Below, in pieces: positions 28,167-38,852 of a DNA stretch of 64,000 bases. The stretch is taken from contig CAWFJP010000015.1 in assembly GCA_963816145.1 (NCBI GenBank), forward strand, positions 96,001 to 160,000, given 5' to 3'. A model generated the notes under the pieces. That model did not search any database. It was not told the origin of the DNA and was given only the letters and a program-made list of their open reading frames with translations. This DNA is from an uncultured delta proteobacterium. Its GTDB lineage: Bacteria > Desulfobacterota > Binatia > UBA9968. Positions within the stretch are counted from its first letter, which is position 1, and the number at the start of each line of letters is the position of its first letter. The translations under genes were made by a program, and so were the position numbers.

Positions 28167-29756
28167 ATGGGCGAGACACGTGTCGATCTGCAACATTTAC
28201 TAGAAGACCTACGGGACGCCTACCCCGGTTCCATCGAAGAAACCATTCTCACCGAGATCATGGCCAACTCGCTCGACTCCGGCGCGACAACGATCCGATT
28301 ATTTACCGATCCCGCCGCGCGCACGCTGACGGTTATTGACAACGGCAGCGGCATGCAGCGCCGCGAATTGTCGCGTTTTCACAATATCGCGTCGAGCACC
28401 AAGACGCGCGGCGAAGGCATCGGCTTTGCCGGGGTCGGCATCAAATTGGGACTTCTGGTCTGCGAGGAAGTCCTCACCGAGACCCGCCGGGGTAAAACCC
28501 ACATTGCGAGTTCATGGCACCTGGCGGCGCGCAATCGCGCGCCGTGGAAGTGGGTCACGCCCTTGGACTTGATCACCGAGCGCGGTACAGCGGTGCGCTT
28601 GCGCCTAGAAAATCCCTTGTCGCCGCTCCTTGATCCCGGCTTTTTGGCGGTGACTCTACGGCGCCACTATCAATCCCTGCTCGACCCAAGCTTCGATGAT
28701 TTTTTGCGCGGCCATTATCCCAGTGACATCGCCATCGAGGTTGACGGCCGCCGACTGGAAAAGCTGCACTGGACCGCGCCGCGCTCGGCGCCCTTGGAAA
28801 TTCGCCTCATGCGCAAACGCAAAGCCTCCGCGCTGGGCTATTTGATCCGCGCCGATCAACCCCTGATCGAGGAACGCCAAGGCTTGGCGATCAGCACCTA
28901 TGGAAAAGTCATCAGGCGTGGCTGGGACTGGCTCGGTCTGACACCGTCTGCGGCAGACTGTGTCGGCGGTATCATCGAAGTGCCGGAGCTCGCCGCTTGC
29001 TTGACCCTCAACAAAGGCGACTTTATCCGTGCCGGTTCCCGTGGTGCGACCTATTTGGGCTTTCGCAAAGCGATTCAAGAAGCGGTCGGCAGACAGCTCG
29101 CCGTTTGGGGCGATGGCCGCAGCAGTGCCGAACAAGCGCCGCCACGTGAAGTGCGGCCGCTGCAGCGCGATTTGGTACAAGTGTTAGAAGATTTGGCGGT
29201 GGAGTTTCCCCTGTTGGGCGCTCTGGTCGAGCATAGAGCCGGCGGTCAAAAGCGTCTACCGTTGGGCGTGCGCGGTGCCGGCAGCAATGGCCGCGGTTTC
29301 GTCGCCGCCTCGCTAACCGCGGCAGCGGAGAGTGAGGCAAGCGGGACTGCATCTTCGACCACGCCAGCATTGAACGATGCGAGCCAAAGCAATCCGCCGG
29401 AGGCGGTCAGTGAAACGAACGGCGGTTACGGCCCAACCAACCCCGGCATTCACTTGCCAAGCGAAACAGTCACCCGCCGTCCGGCGCATTATGGGTTGGA
29501 CATTCAGTTCGACGACCGACCCGACGACATCGAACTGGGCAGATTGACCGAGTCGACGGTGTGGGTCAATCGCGCGCATCCGGCCTACCGGCGTGCCCAA
29601 GCGTCGCATTCGGTCGGCTATCACATCGCCTTGGCGGTGGCGCTGGCGCTGGCGCCCCTCGCCGTCGAAGCGCCGCGCCAGCATGGCTTCGTCAGCACAT
29701 TTCTGTCACGTTGGGGTGAAGCCATCGATAAAGCCAAACCGCGCGGCCGGCGGTGA
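28167..29756 (+). CDS. GHKL (HATPase_c_3, MORC/MutL-like) ATPase
   Basis: EIMANSLD, DNGSGM, GFAGVG, GTAV Bergerat motifs. Confidence 0.85.
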   Translation: MGETRVDLQHLLEDLRDAYPGSIEETILTEIMANSLDSGATTIRLFTDPAARTLTVIDNGSGMQRRELSRFHNIASSTKTRGEGIGFAGVGIKLGLLVCEEVLTETRRGKTHIASSWHLAARNRAPWKWVTPLDLITERGTAVRLRLENPLSPLLDPGFLAVTLRRHYQSLLDPSFDDFLRGHYPSDIAIEVDGRRLEKLHWTAPRSAPLEIRLMRKRKASALGYLIRADQPLIEERQGLAISTYGKVIRRGWDWLGLTPSAADCVGGIIEVPELAACLTLNKGDFIRAGSRGATYLGFRKAIQEAVGRQLAVWGDGRSSAEQAPPREVRPLQRDLVQVLEDLAVEFPLLGALVEHRAGGQKRLPLGVRGAGSNGRGFVAASLTAAAESEASGTASSTTPALNDASQSNPPEAVSETNGGYGPTNPGIHLPSETVTRRPAHYGLDIQFDDRPDDIELGRLTESTVWVNRAHPAYRRAQASHSVGYHIALAVALALAPLAVEAPRQHGFVSTFLSRWGEAIDKAKPRGRR

Positions 29757-29762
29757 TTGAAA

Positions 29763-29860
29763 TTCCGTCATGCCGGTGCAAACCGGCATCCATCTTCTTT
29801 CTACTTTTTTTGCCCACCAGTCAGAAACACTGGATTCCGGCGTGCGCCGGAATGACGGAA
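29763..29860. repeat. RPE/REP-like bipartite palindromic element, copy 1
   Basis: CGTCATGCCGGTGCAAACCGGCATCCA..TGGATTCCGGCGTGCGCCGGAATGACG. Confidence 0.85.
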
Positions 29861-29878
29861 AAAAAGAATAGCACTGCC

Positions 29879-30892
29879 TCAGTACTTTAAACCGAGCATT
29901 GAAAGAAATTCCTGATTCAGTTCGGCGTAGCGGTCGGCGATCGAAATATCCACCGGCGCAAGCTTAGCTTGCATCATGCGCTCGAGCCGCTTGTTCTTGA
30001 TCGGCACGTCCCTGCGCGCCGGCACCCGGTCGGAGATTTCGTTCATCGCCTTGAGTCCCTCGACGGACAACCCCCAATAGAGAAACAGCCGCGCCGCGTT
30101 GGGGTGGGGCGGCTTGGCGCCGATGCCCCAGGCCAAGACATTCACCGGCACAGGCTCGAAAGTGACCCAATCGATGGGCGCCCCTTTGGCGCGAATGTTT
30201 TCGATCACCGACGCATAAGCGCTGATACCAAGGTTAAACTCGCCGGCACTGACGAGCTGCGCTTCCATCGTATGGCCGCGCCGCGGCCGCAAACCGTTGG
30301 CGACAAGCTTTTTAAACCAGTCTCGGCCGCGCTCGCGGCCCATTAGCTTGAGCCAGGTGGCGTAGAGATCGACGTCCTGCTCGTCCATCGTCAGTTTGTC
30401 TTTCCATTTGGCACTGGCCAGATCCTCGTAACTCTTCGGCAACTCGTTGGGCTTCACCATGTTGGTGTTGTAGGCCACCGACCAGAATTGAATATAGTAA
30501 GCCGCCCAATAATCGTCCGGATCCATGAAGCCTTCGAGAAAGCGGCCACGCTCCGGGTAATTCATTTTTTGCAGCCAATTTTTGCGCCGATATAATTCGA
30601 GATTGCTGGCGCGATTCATGACGACATCGAAACCCCAGCGGCCCGCGGGAATTTCGGTTTGCAGCTTCTGGGTCATCGCCGTGGCGCCGGCGCGAAACAG
30701 GCTAACTTTGATGCCGTATTTTTTCGTGAACAGCGCGGCCCATGCCTGGGTCTCCGGCAATGGCAAGGTCGAATACCAAACCACCTCACCTTCGGCTTTG
30801 GCCTTGTCGACCAGATCATTGCCCGCGATCTCGGCGCCATGCGCCACTCCTTGCAACAACAAGACGACAGCTAGAGCCACCCGAAGTCGCAT
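29879..30892 (-). CDS. Extracellular solute-binding protein (AfuA/thiamine type)
   Basis: AKAEGEVVWYST, AYNTNMV, PHPNAARLF. Confidence 0.88.
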   Translation of the reverse strand: MRLRVALAVVLLLQGVAHGAEIAGNDLVDKAKAEGEVVWYSTLPLPETQAWAALFTKKYGIKVSLFRAGATAMTQKLQTEIPAGRWGFDVVMNRASNLELYRRKNWLQKMNYPERGRFLEGFMDPDDYWAAYYIQFWSVAYNTNMVKPNELPKSYEDLASAKWKDKLTMDEQDVDLYATWLKLMGRERGRDWFKKLVANGLRPRRGHTMEAQLVSAGEFNLGISAYASVIENIRAKGAPIDWVTFEPVPVNVLAWGIGAKPPHPNAARLFLYWGLSVEGLKAMNEISDRVPARRDVPIKNKRLERMMQAKLAPVDISIADRYAELNQEFLSMLGLKY

Positions 30893-30912
30893 TGATTCAC
30901 CCTCCATTTTTA

Positions 30913-32070
30913 TTAATCGCGCAAAATACTGCCGGCGCTGGTGCGCACAAGACGGGCATCCGTCGCATCGCGTAGGATACCTTTGGGATCTCGCCCTTCG
31001 CGCACGTCTTGAATCGCGGTGCGCAGTATCTTTCTGAACAACAGCACGCCTCTATCCGAACTAACCAGATGTTCCAAGCCATGCAGCGCGATCGGCCCCT
31101 GCCCCTCCACCGCTTCCTTGTCGTCGGGATGGCGCTGTGTGTATTCGAAACTGCGGTCCTTGCGTCCGGCGGGCGCGAGCTGCTCGCGCCCGGACAACGA
31201 CTCAACTTCGTCATCGGCGAGCCAGCGCACGCTCGCGCCCAATTGATGCGTGTCGTCGACGGGCACGCAATAGGTCACGGCGCGCACGCGTTCACTTTTG
31301 GGTTCATCGGTGTAAACCAGATGGACGTTGAGCGGCATGATCATCTCCCAGATAAGCTCCCACCATTTGCCGTTTTCGAGCTTGCGAGCGAGGACAAAGC
31401 GCATTCCCGTCTGAGTTTCTTCATAGCGCAAGTCGTCGGGATTGGCGCCGTAGGCTCGCGAGGGAAACTGCGGTCCGCTGTGCAGCGTGTGCAGCCAAAA
31501 CGTGTGCAGCGCGTCCATCAAATTTTCTTCGGCCTGCAACCAGTTGCAATCCACCGGCCCGCCGACCCGCGGCCCCATGCGCGCTTTCAGAGTGCCCCCG
31601 GGACGCTGCCAAACATCGTAGAGGGGAAATTCCGGCAGCCGCTCCAACGGCCCCATGTAGGCGAACACCAAACCGCCGAACTCACGCACCGGATAGCAGG
31701 GCTGTTGGATTTGTTTGAGAAAAGGATTGGGCGCCGGCTCCAGTGGCATCTCCAATATGTTGCCCTCCACGTCATACAGCCAGCCGTGATAGCAGCAACG
31801 CAGGCCGCGCTCCTCCACTCGGCCATATTCGAGAGAAGCGCCGCGATGACTGCAACGAAAAAAGAGCAGCCCCGCCCGGCCTTGGCCGTCGCGAAAGGCG
31901 ATGAGATCCTCGCCGAGAATTTTCACCGGCTTGGGCAAATCCTTGAGATCGGCGGAAAGACAGATCGGTTGCCAATAACGGCGCATCAGCTCGCCGCAAG
32001 GCGTGCCCGGTCCGACCCGCGTCAACTCCGGATCGGGTTCGGGAATCTTGAGACCATAGGCGCTCTTCAT
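30913..32070 (-). CDS. Rieske non-heme oxygenase (phthalate 4,5-dioxygenase-like)
   Basis: CSHRG..CCYHGW; ENLMDALHTFWLH; GPGTPCGELMRRYW. Confidence 0.9.
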   Translation of the reverse strand: MKSAYGLKIPEPDPELTRVGPGTPCGELMRRYWQPICLSADLKDLPKPVKILGEDLIAFRDGQGRAGLLFFRCSHRGASLEYGRVEERGLRCCYHGWLYDVEGNILEMPLEPAPNPFLKQIQQPCYPVREFGGLVFAYMGPLERLPEFPLYDVWQRPGGTLKARMGPRVGGPVDCNWLQAEENLMDALHTFWLHTLHSGPQFPSRAYGANPDDLRYEETQTGMRFVLARKLENGKWWELIWEMIMPLNVHLVYTDEPKSERVRAVTYCVPVDDTHQLGASVRWLADDEVESLSGREQLAPAGRKDRSFEYTQRHPDDKEAVEGQGPIALHGLEHLVSSDRGVLLFRKILRTAIQDVREGRDPKGILRDATDARLVRTSAGSILRD

Positions 32071-32217
32071 TAGTTGTCCCTCCGGTTGAACGCTATCGGC
32101 GCGATCATATGCCGGCGCTACCCCGAGTCAAGGCAAAACTGTACTGTATGGCTTGACAGCGTCGCGCGACAAGCACTAGTTTCGAACATTCGATTTCGGT
32201 CGAAGGGAGATCTTTCA

Positions 32218-33318
32218 ATGGCTCATTCATTTCCGATCATCGATGCCGATGCCCATGTCATCGAAACCGAGCGTACCTGGGACTACCTCGATGATTCCGA
32301 CCGCAATTACCGGCCGCGACTCTACTCGACACCGAACGATCCGATGCGCCAGTATTGGGTGCTAGAAGATAAGATCGCCGGATTTCGTTTCCTGACCTTG
32401 AGCGAGCGCGAGCTCCAGGAGTTTGCCGACCGCGCCGGAAGAAACTTTACCACGCCGCAAGCGGCGCGCGAGCTAGACGATGTCGAGTTGCGCCTCAAAC
32501 ACATGGACGAACTGGGCATCGATATTCAGGTGTTGCACAATACCTTTTGGATCGAACAGGTGACGACTAAGCCCCAAGCCGAGGTTGCCGTGTGCCGCAG
32601 TTGGAACCGCTGGCTCGCCAACATCTCCAAGCAAAGCCACGGCCGCCTATTCTACTCGTGCGTGGTTCCCGCCATGGACATCGAAGCAGCGATCGGCGAA
32701 ATCAAGTTCGCCAAGGAAAACGGCGGCGTGGCCGTGTGCATGCGCCCCCTCGAAGGCGAGCGCCATCTCTCCGATCCATATTTTTATCCGATCTATCAAG
32801 CGGCCAGCGATCTCGACTTAGCGATCGCCGTGCATATCGCCAATGGCAATCCGGCAAACGCCGATCTCTACCGCCAAGCGCCCGCAGGCCGCTTCGCCCA
32901 GTTCCGTGTGCCGACCGTCACCGCCTGCTTTGACGTTATCATGAGTGAGCTGCACCAGGAATTTCCCAAGCTGCGCTGGGGTTTTATCGAAGCCTCGGCC
33001 CAATGGGTGCCCTGGATCGCCCGCGAGACCGCGATCCGCTACCGTGCCCAAGGACGGACGTTCCCTGAGAATGTATTCGCTGAATACAATATTTACGTCA
33101 CCTGCCAAACCAACGACGACGTGCCCTACGTGGTCAATTGCTGCGGTGAAGATCGGCTGGTCATCGGCACCGACTACGGCCACACCGATCCGTCGAGCGC
33201 GGTGACCGCGTTGAACGAATTTCAACGAATGGAAGGGTTAGACGCCGGAGTCAAAGAAAAGATCCTGTCGCACAACGCCAAGGCGCTCTACAATCTGCTA
33301 GCGAACAGCGTGCATTAG
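32218..33318 (+). CDS. Amidohydrolase-2 family protein
   Basis: DADAHVIE, AVH, GTDYGH. Confidence 0.9.
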   Translation: MAHSFPIIDADAHVIETERTWDYLDDSDRNYRPRLYSTPNDPMRQYWVLEDKIAGFRFLTLSERELQEFADRAGRNFTTPQAARELDDVELRLKHMDELGIDIQVLHNTFWIEQVTTKPQAEVAVCRSWNRWLANISKQSHGRLFYSCVVPAMDIEAAIGEIKFAKENGGVAVCMRPLEGERHLSDPYFYPIYQAASDLDLAIAVHIANGNPANADLYRQAPAGRFAQFRVPTVTACFDVIMSELHQEFPKLRWGFIEASAQWVPWIARETAIRYRAQGRTFPENVFAEYNIYVTCQTNDDVPYVVNCCGEDRLVIGTDYGHTDPSSAVTALNEFQRMEGLDAGVKEKILSHNAKALYNLLANSVH

Positions 33319-33338
33319 GCAGCAGCGAAAGATTAAGA

Positions 33339-33420
33339 TTCACCACGAAGCGCACGAAGGACACGAAGTGTCGGATCTTTATAATTCCAACCTTCGTGCG
33401 CTTCGTGTTCTTCGTGGTGA
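33339..33420. repeat. CACGAAG 9-nt-periodic inverted repeat
   Basis: TCACCACGAAGCGCACGAAGGACACGAAG..CTTCGTGCGCTTCGTGTTCTTCGTGGTGA. Confidence 0.85.
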
Positions 33421-33497
33421 GAACGAATTTCTGAATCAGCCTGAGAGTAGGAATGCCGCTTGGTAGACCTTGCGCAATAACGATTCTGAACGAAGCG

Positions 33498-34781
33498 CTA
33501 CTGCCAAGATGAGATTGGCGATTGCACGATACGCACGGCGGAACCGCGCAGCGCGGATAGCCATTTCGCCTGTTCGCGCCTGAATTGACTGAGCTTATAT
33601 CCTGACAGCGATTCCATGCTGGGAATTTTTACCGACAAGTAGTCGAGCTTCTCGCCATCGCGAGCGAATTCGAAATGAAGATGCGGACCGGTGGCATAGC
33701 CGGTCTGGCCGACTGCGCCAATCGTATCACCAACATTAACTCGGCGCCCTTCTTCGATCCCCCCGGCGATACGAGACAAATGAGCATAACTCGAGGTGTA
33801 ACCTCCGGCATGTTTCAGCTCGACCATGAGGCCGTATCCGGGACGCCACCCGGCAAACTCTACGGTCGCCGATCCGACGGCAACCACCGGCGTACCCTGG
33901 GCCGCTTGAAAATCGATCGCTTCATGGGGTCTCAACACACCCGTGGCCGGATCGGGCCGCGCTAAATCGAATGTCGACGATATCCGATCGAACTTCAACG
34001 GCGCCGCCAAAAACGCTCGCGGCAACAAGTGACCATCGGCGTCGTAATACTGCACGACACCACCTCCAACGTTGAAGCCGAAGGCATCGAATAACCGTCC
34101 GCCATGCACCACTCGAATCGCCGCCATCGAACCTTGGACCGCATGTCCATCGAAATATTGTTTTTCCGGCAGGACCAACAGTACCTCATCGCCCGCACCG
34201 AGGTCCGCCAACAAATCCACTTCGGCGCTGAAGATCCGCTGCAACTCAGCGATCTGCGCCGCGGATATGCCGGCACGAGCGGCGCTCTGCGCGAAATTAT
34301 CCGTGACGCGTACCCGAACGCTATTCGATCCCGCCACATGGGCAAGCTCTTGCTTTTCGACCGACCAGCCGCCCAAGCCATCGCTCACACGTACGAGATG
34401 TTCCTGCATTACAAATTCGACGGCGCGCACGTTTCTATCCAGTGGATCGACAAGAATGCTGAACGCCTGATCGCGCGGCATACGCCGCAGATCGACCGCG
34501 ACATAAATTTTTCGCAACAATTCCTGTGCCGAGGAAGGACGAAGACCGAATCGATGCAAAAGTCCTTGAAGCGACTCGTTGCGGCCGAGGCGCACAGCAA
34601 TCCGTTGTTCGGACCCGCGGCTGATACTATGCAGTGGAGAGATTTTTTCTCCGTTGCTCGACGGATCTGAAACCGGCATAAAGGTCAGTGCAAACAAAAC
34701 CAGCGCTGCGCAAAACGCCGCGCCAATCGGCAGTCCAGCGAAAACCTCGACAACAAAAATCCGTAGCTGTTTTTGGAGCAT
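33498..34781 (-). CDS. M23 family peptidoglycan endopeptidase
   Basis: HEAID, YAHL, TGPHLHF; N-terminal TM. Confidence 0.9.
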   Translation of the reverse strand: MLQKQLRIFVVEVFAGLPIGAAFCAALVLFALTFMPVSDPSSNGEKISPLHSISRGSEQRIAVRLGRNESLQGLLHRFGLRPSSAQELLRKIYVAVDLRRMPRDQAFSILVDPLDRNVRAVEFVMQEHLVRVSDGLGGWSVEKQELAHVAGSNSVRVRVTDNFAQSAARAGISAAQIAELQRIFSAEVDLLADLGAGDEVLLVLPEKQYFDGHAVQGSMAAIRVVHGGRLFDAFGFNVGGGVVQYYDADGHLLPRAFLAAPLKFDRISSTFDLARPDPATGVLRPHEAIDFQAAQGTPVVAVGSATVEFAGWRPGYGLMVELKHAGGYTSSYAHLSRIAGGIEEGRRVNVGDTIGAVGQTGYATGPHLHFEFARDGEKLDYLSVKIPSMESLSGYKLSQFRREQAKWLSALRGSAVRIVQSPISSWQ

Positions 34782-34961
34782 GAAGGAGCAGAACGAAACA
34801 GTTTTGCAGTTTAGTATGCGAGAAATGACCTAACGTCAAGCGATTTTTATCTAAAATCGGTCTATTCTTTAAAACGCAATCAGGAATCACCGTAGTTCCA
34901 GTTACATAACTGACAACAGCTCGCAAATATTTTTTATTCGAAATAAATTTGCGCGATTCAA

Positions 34962-35471
34962 TCAAGCACAAAGCTCAAAGGCGCGATGATACTGGACCTT
35001 GCCGCACGGGTAATCGCCGGTAAATGATTGCGCTATAAAGAATTGCGCTGGGACATTTTCAAAAATCAATTTATCACGAGCGACAAAACCAAAGCGTCCG
35101 TAATAGTCCGGTTCGCCCAAGACCACACAACCTTTTGCCTCGATGGCGCGCAGCGACCCCAAACCCGCATTGACCAAGCGTGATCCGATGCCGGTCCTTT
35201 GGTAGATTGGCGACACCGCCAGCGGCGCCAACCCGAACCAATCGCACAACAGGCCATCGACTGTCACCGGCGAGAAAGCAACATGGCCGACAATTTGACC
35301 CTTGATTTCCGCGACTAACGAAACCCTCAGCGCTCCACAATCACGCAATTCGTCGACCAGTAACGATTCTTTTTGATCACTCTGAGCCACGCCAGCGAAA
35401 GCCGCTGTGACGACGCACCGAATTGGCTCGATGTCGGAGACTTGTTCAGCGCGGATCAATACCTCAGACAT
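34962..35471 (-). CDS. GNAT N-acetyltransferase (YhbS-like)
   Basis: LAPLAVSP..QRTGIG, VLGEPDYYGRFGF. Confidence 0.88.
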   Translation of the reverse strand: MSEVLIRAEQVSDIEPIRCVVTAAFAGVAQSDQKESLLVDELRDCGALRVSLVAEIKGQIVGHVAFSPVTVDGLLCDWFGLAPLAVSPIYQRTGIGSRLVNAGLGSLRAIEAKGCVVLGEPDYYGRFGFVARDKLIFENVPAQFFIAQSFTGDYPCGKVQYHRAFELCA

Positions 35472-35493
35472 TATTCTTTCATCGGTAGGACGA

Positions 35494-36435
35494 TCACGAG
35501 CGGAGCGCTTGGTAGATCGCTGTGACATGGCGATGATCGGTGCCGCAGCAGCCGCCAACCACATTCAAATTCGGCAGCCTGGCCATGAGCGCGCGATAAC
35601 GTTCAGCGAGGTCTACAGGGTCGCCGGCGTCCAGGCTGATCGCTTCATCGAGTTCTTTGTGGCTCTTGGTCGAGGAATTGGCTCGCAGGCCGCGGATTCG
35701 GGTGAACCAGTTCTCTCCACCTTCGAGCAAGTTGGCGAAATGAATCGGATGAGCGCAATTGATCATGTAATAAACCGGGCCGTTGCCGGTGGCGGCATCC
35801 ACCTGGGCAATTGCCTCGCCGAGCATTTGGCCGTTCGGCAAACGTCCATCGGTTTCAACGGTAAAAGATATGGCCACGGGCATGCCGACCGCCTGCGCCG
35901 CGCGCACGATGCCGATCGCTTCCTCCGGATAGGTCATGGTAAACGCCGCAATCATGTCGGCGTCGGCCTCACAAAATATCTGAGCTTGCGGTCGGTGATA
36001 GGCCTCGGCCTCAACGTCGCTCATAAAACTCGCCGGATTGTAACCGTCCCCCCGCGGGCCGATGCAGCCGCTGATTACCATCGGCGTCGCCGGTGCTTCA
36101 AATTCACGGCGCAGATCGTGTAGCATCGCGATAGCCCGCCGGTTGAGGTCCCCGAGCTCAGCTTCCGAATAACCCAGCTTCGCCCCCCAATCCGCGCTGG
36201 CGCGCCACGTCGCGCTTTCTAGGATGAAGCCTAGACCGCTCTTTTGCGCGATTTCGATGTAACGGCGAAAATACTGGTTCAGAATCGCTAGTCCCGCGGC
36301 ATCTTTGAGAAGATTGAAAGCGGCGAAACATGGCAGCTCCATTCCTTCATGAAAGATGAGCGTGGTCTCCAATCCGCCATCGGTTAGAAACAATTTGCCC
36401 GCAAGCTGCGGTAAACGATCCCGGTACTTCGCCAT
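35494..36435 (-). CDS. Homocysteine S-methyltransferase family protein
   Basis: TDGGLET, INC, GGCCGT. Confidence 0.9.
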   Translation of the reverse strand: MAKYRDRLPQLAGKLFLTDGGLETTLIFHEGMELPCFAAFNLLKDAAGLAILNQYFRRYIEIAQKSGLGFILESATWRASADWGAKLGYSEAELGDLNRRAIAMLHDLRREFEAPATPMVISGCIGPRGDGYNPASFMSDVEAEAYHRPQAQIFCEADADMIAAFTMTYPEEAIGIVRAAQAVGMPVAISFTVETDGRLPNGQMLGEAIAQVDAATGNGPVYYMINCAHPIHFANLLEGGENWFTRIRGLRANSSTKSHKELDEAISLDAGDPVDLAERYRALMARLPNLNVVGGCCGTDHRHVTAIYQALRS

Positions 36436-36456
36436 CGATGACCACCTCGTTAAGGA

Positions 36457-37431
36457 TTATTTGAGTTTATCGAAAAATTTCTCTTTCTCTAGTTCCTGCA
36501 ACAGGCTTAGATCGATGAACTGTTCCGGTTTGGCATGGGCAGCCTGGGGCATGCTCTTGTACTCCTCGAGCACGGCCCGCGCTTCGTCCAGCGTCGGATA
36601 GGGCCGCTGTTGAAAAAATTTCACCGCATAGCGGTACCCGTCTTCAAGGATATCGGGATCGTTGATGCGCATATATTTTTTCAAAACATTGATGGCCAGG
36701 TTTTTTTGTGTGCGAATGGCATGGATGCCTTCGATTTCGCCGCGGACGAAATTGAGCGCCGTCGGCCGGCTGCGCTGGATGAAACTTCTCGTCGATGCGA
36801 TGGTCACCGCCGGATATTTGTAATCGAGGCTTTCGAAATCGGACAGTTCTCTGAAGCCGGCCTTTTTCGCCACCGTCAACGCCGGCGGCGAGATCGACCC
36901 GCCCGAAATTGCGCCCGCCTTCATCGCCGTCACCAGTTCGGGGATACCGCCGATTTGCACGATGGTGACATCCTTCGCCGGGTCGAGGCCGAGCTTGCGG
37001 AGATAGCGCCGAATGACTAGATCGCTGAGCGCGCCGAAGCGGCTCACGCCGAGCCGCTTGCCGCGCAGATCGTCGGCGGTTTTGATATCCGGCGTCACGA
37101 CCAAACTTTGCGGGATCAGCGGCACCAGAGTCAGGACGTTGACCGTGTCCGCGCCTTGCAAGCCCGCTTGGATCGTGCCGTTGCCGCCGAGCTGGATCAT
37201 CGGCGCTTCGCCGGCGATCAACGCCGACGTGATCGTCGAGGCGCTGCGGATCAACACCAGATCGACATCGAGGCCGTACTTTTTATACAAACCGCCATCG
37301 AGAGCGATCCATGTCGCCAACGACCAAGAACTCTCGGCGGAATAGGCGGCGCGCAGTTTAGTCAACTGCGCCTGTCCATCGGAGCTCGTCGCGAGCAACG
37401 ACAGCAAAGCCAATAGGGAAATGGTTCGCAT
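36457..37431 (-). CDS. ABC substrate-binding protein, NMT1/SsuA-like
   Basis: KKYGLDV, LRGKRLGVSRFG. Confidence 0.88.
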   Translation of the reverse strand: MRTISLLALLSLLATSSDGQAQLTKLRAAYSAESSWSLATWIALDGGLYKKYGLDVDLVLIRSASTITSALIAGEAPMIQLGGNGTIQAGLQGADTVNVLTLVPLIPQSLVVTPDIKTADDLRGKRLGVSRFGALSDLVIRRYLRKLGLDPAKDVTIVQIGGIPELVTAMKAGAISGGSISPPALTVAKKAGFRELSDFESLDYKYPAVTIASTRSFIQRSRPTALNFVRGEIEGIHAIRTQKNLAINVLKKYMRINDPDILEDGYRYAVKFFQQRPYPTLDEARAVLEEYKSMPQAAHAKPEQFIDLSLLQELEKEKFFDKLK

Positions 37432-37566
37432 TGCCAAATTTCCTCCCGGTTAATTCTGCGCCAAGCAAATCGCTTTACGGCGGTTTTCCATCGGTGCGCG
37501 GCTACCGTTACGTTACCGTTGACCGCACCGCAAGGCAGCCAAATATCAACTATCGTTTCATGGCCG

Positions 37567-38661
37567 TTAACTCACCCCGTAAAGCCGGCGCGGATTGTCG
37601 CACAGGATTTTTTCAATCACCGCCGGCGCGACATCTTCCCGCGCCCTCATGTTTTTGACGAAGTCCGGCTCTTTCGATGGATCGTTGTGACCGTAGTCCG
37701 AGCCGATAACGATATGGTCTTCGCCGATATAGCTGAGCAGATGGGGCAATTCTTCGTCGGCCTCGCAGGCGACCCAGAAACGATACTCGCGGAACAGCTC
37801 TTGTGGGTTCTTGGTCTTGAAATCCGGGCGCACCGAACGACGCAGCACATGCCATATATAGGGCACCCAGCTCGCCGCCGCCTCGATGTAACCGAAGCGC
37901 AGCTTGGGAAATAACTCAGGTATCCGATTCGCCACCAGATCGCGGAAAGCTACCACCGGCAAGACGCGATTATGGGCGAAGGTGTGATTGCGCTCGACAT
38001 CGAAATGCTGCATCAAGTGGCGGCTGCCCGAACCGGTATGGATGCAAAGGGTTAAGTCCAATTGCTCCGCCAAGGCATAGACCGGATGAAGCTGCGGGTT
38101 ATCGAGTGTCAAATTGCCCTCCATGCCGCGCAAGAAAATTCCCACCGCGCCCTGCTCCTTGGCCCACTTCATTTCTGCCAAAGACGCCGCCAAATCGCGC
38201 AGCGGCAGGATCACCACCCACTTGAGCCGATCCGGAGCCTTGGCGCAGGCGTTGGCGACAAAGCGGTTATAAGCGCGGCAAAGCGCCACATCCAATTGGG
38301 CATCATCAGTGAGATAGACCAGAAATAGCGTCGGATAAATCACCTGGACATCGACGCCGATCTTGTCCATGTCCTTCAACCGCGCCATGGGATCGGTCAA
38401 CTCGCGCACCGCCAGATGGATGTCGCCGCGGCCGGATTCCTTTTTCTGCGCTGACGGCGTGATCAAACTGAAACTCGCCTTGCCGGCGGGCTTGGGAAAG
38501 ATCTCACCGTCGATCAGCCAAAATGCGTTGCGCTCACGGTACCAGGTATCGTCAGGGATGCGCGCCAAGACCGGCCGGCGCGGATACATCTCTTTGTCGA
38601 TAAAACTCCACATCGCCTCGGACTCGGCGATATGCGTGTCGGCGTCTAAAACTCCGGGCAT
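37567..38661 (-). CDS. Amidohydrolase-2 family protein
   Basis: DADTHIAE, CIH, GSDYGH. Confidence 0.9.
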   Translation of the reverse strand: MPGVLDADTHIAESEAMWSFIDKEMYPRRPVLARIPDDTWYRERNAFWLIDGEIFPKPAGKASFSLITPSAQKKESGRGDIHLAVRELTDPMARLKDMDKIGVDVQVIYPTLFLVYLTDDAQLDVALCRAYNRFVANACAKAPDRLKWVVILPLRDLAASLAEMKWAKEQGAVGIFLRGMEGNLTLDNPQLHPVYALAEQLDLTLCIHTGSGSRHLMQHFDVERNHTFAHNRVLPVVAFRDLVANRIPELFPKLRFGYIEAAASWVPYIWHVLRRSVRPDFKTKNPQELFREYRFWVACEADEELPHLLSYIGEDHIVIGSDYGHNDPSKEPDFVKNMRAREDVAPAVIEKILCDNPRRLYGVS

Positions 38662-38683
38662 TTTGAACTCCTTACTTCTAGAA

Positions 38684-38845
38684 TCCGTTCCATTTGTTCC
38701 AGTCGTTCCAAAGGTTCCATCCTCCTCCTGTGTCCTCCGCCGCGATGCGGGGGAGGACCGAGTGATTTCGACCCTTTGTGTTCTTTACGGCCAAATCTTC
38801 CGACTCTGAATCTAGTCACCGCGAACTCCGCGCCGCCGCGGTGAA
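38684..38845. repeat. Composite intergenic repeat cluster
   Basis: GTTCCA x4, CCTCC..GGGGGAGG hairpin, TCACCGCG..CGCGGTGA hairpin. Confidence 0.55.
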
Positions 38846-38852
38846 TGCGTCC

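Noticed and set aside
33339-33420. CRISPR array from the CACGAAG repeats (also 55578)
   Set aside because: Units are 8-9 nt, form inverted arms and have no spacers or cas genes.
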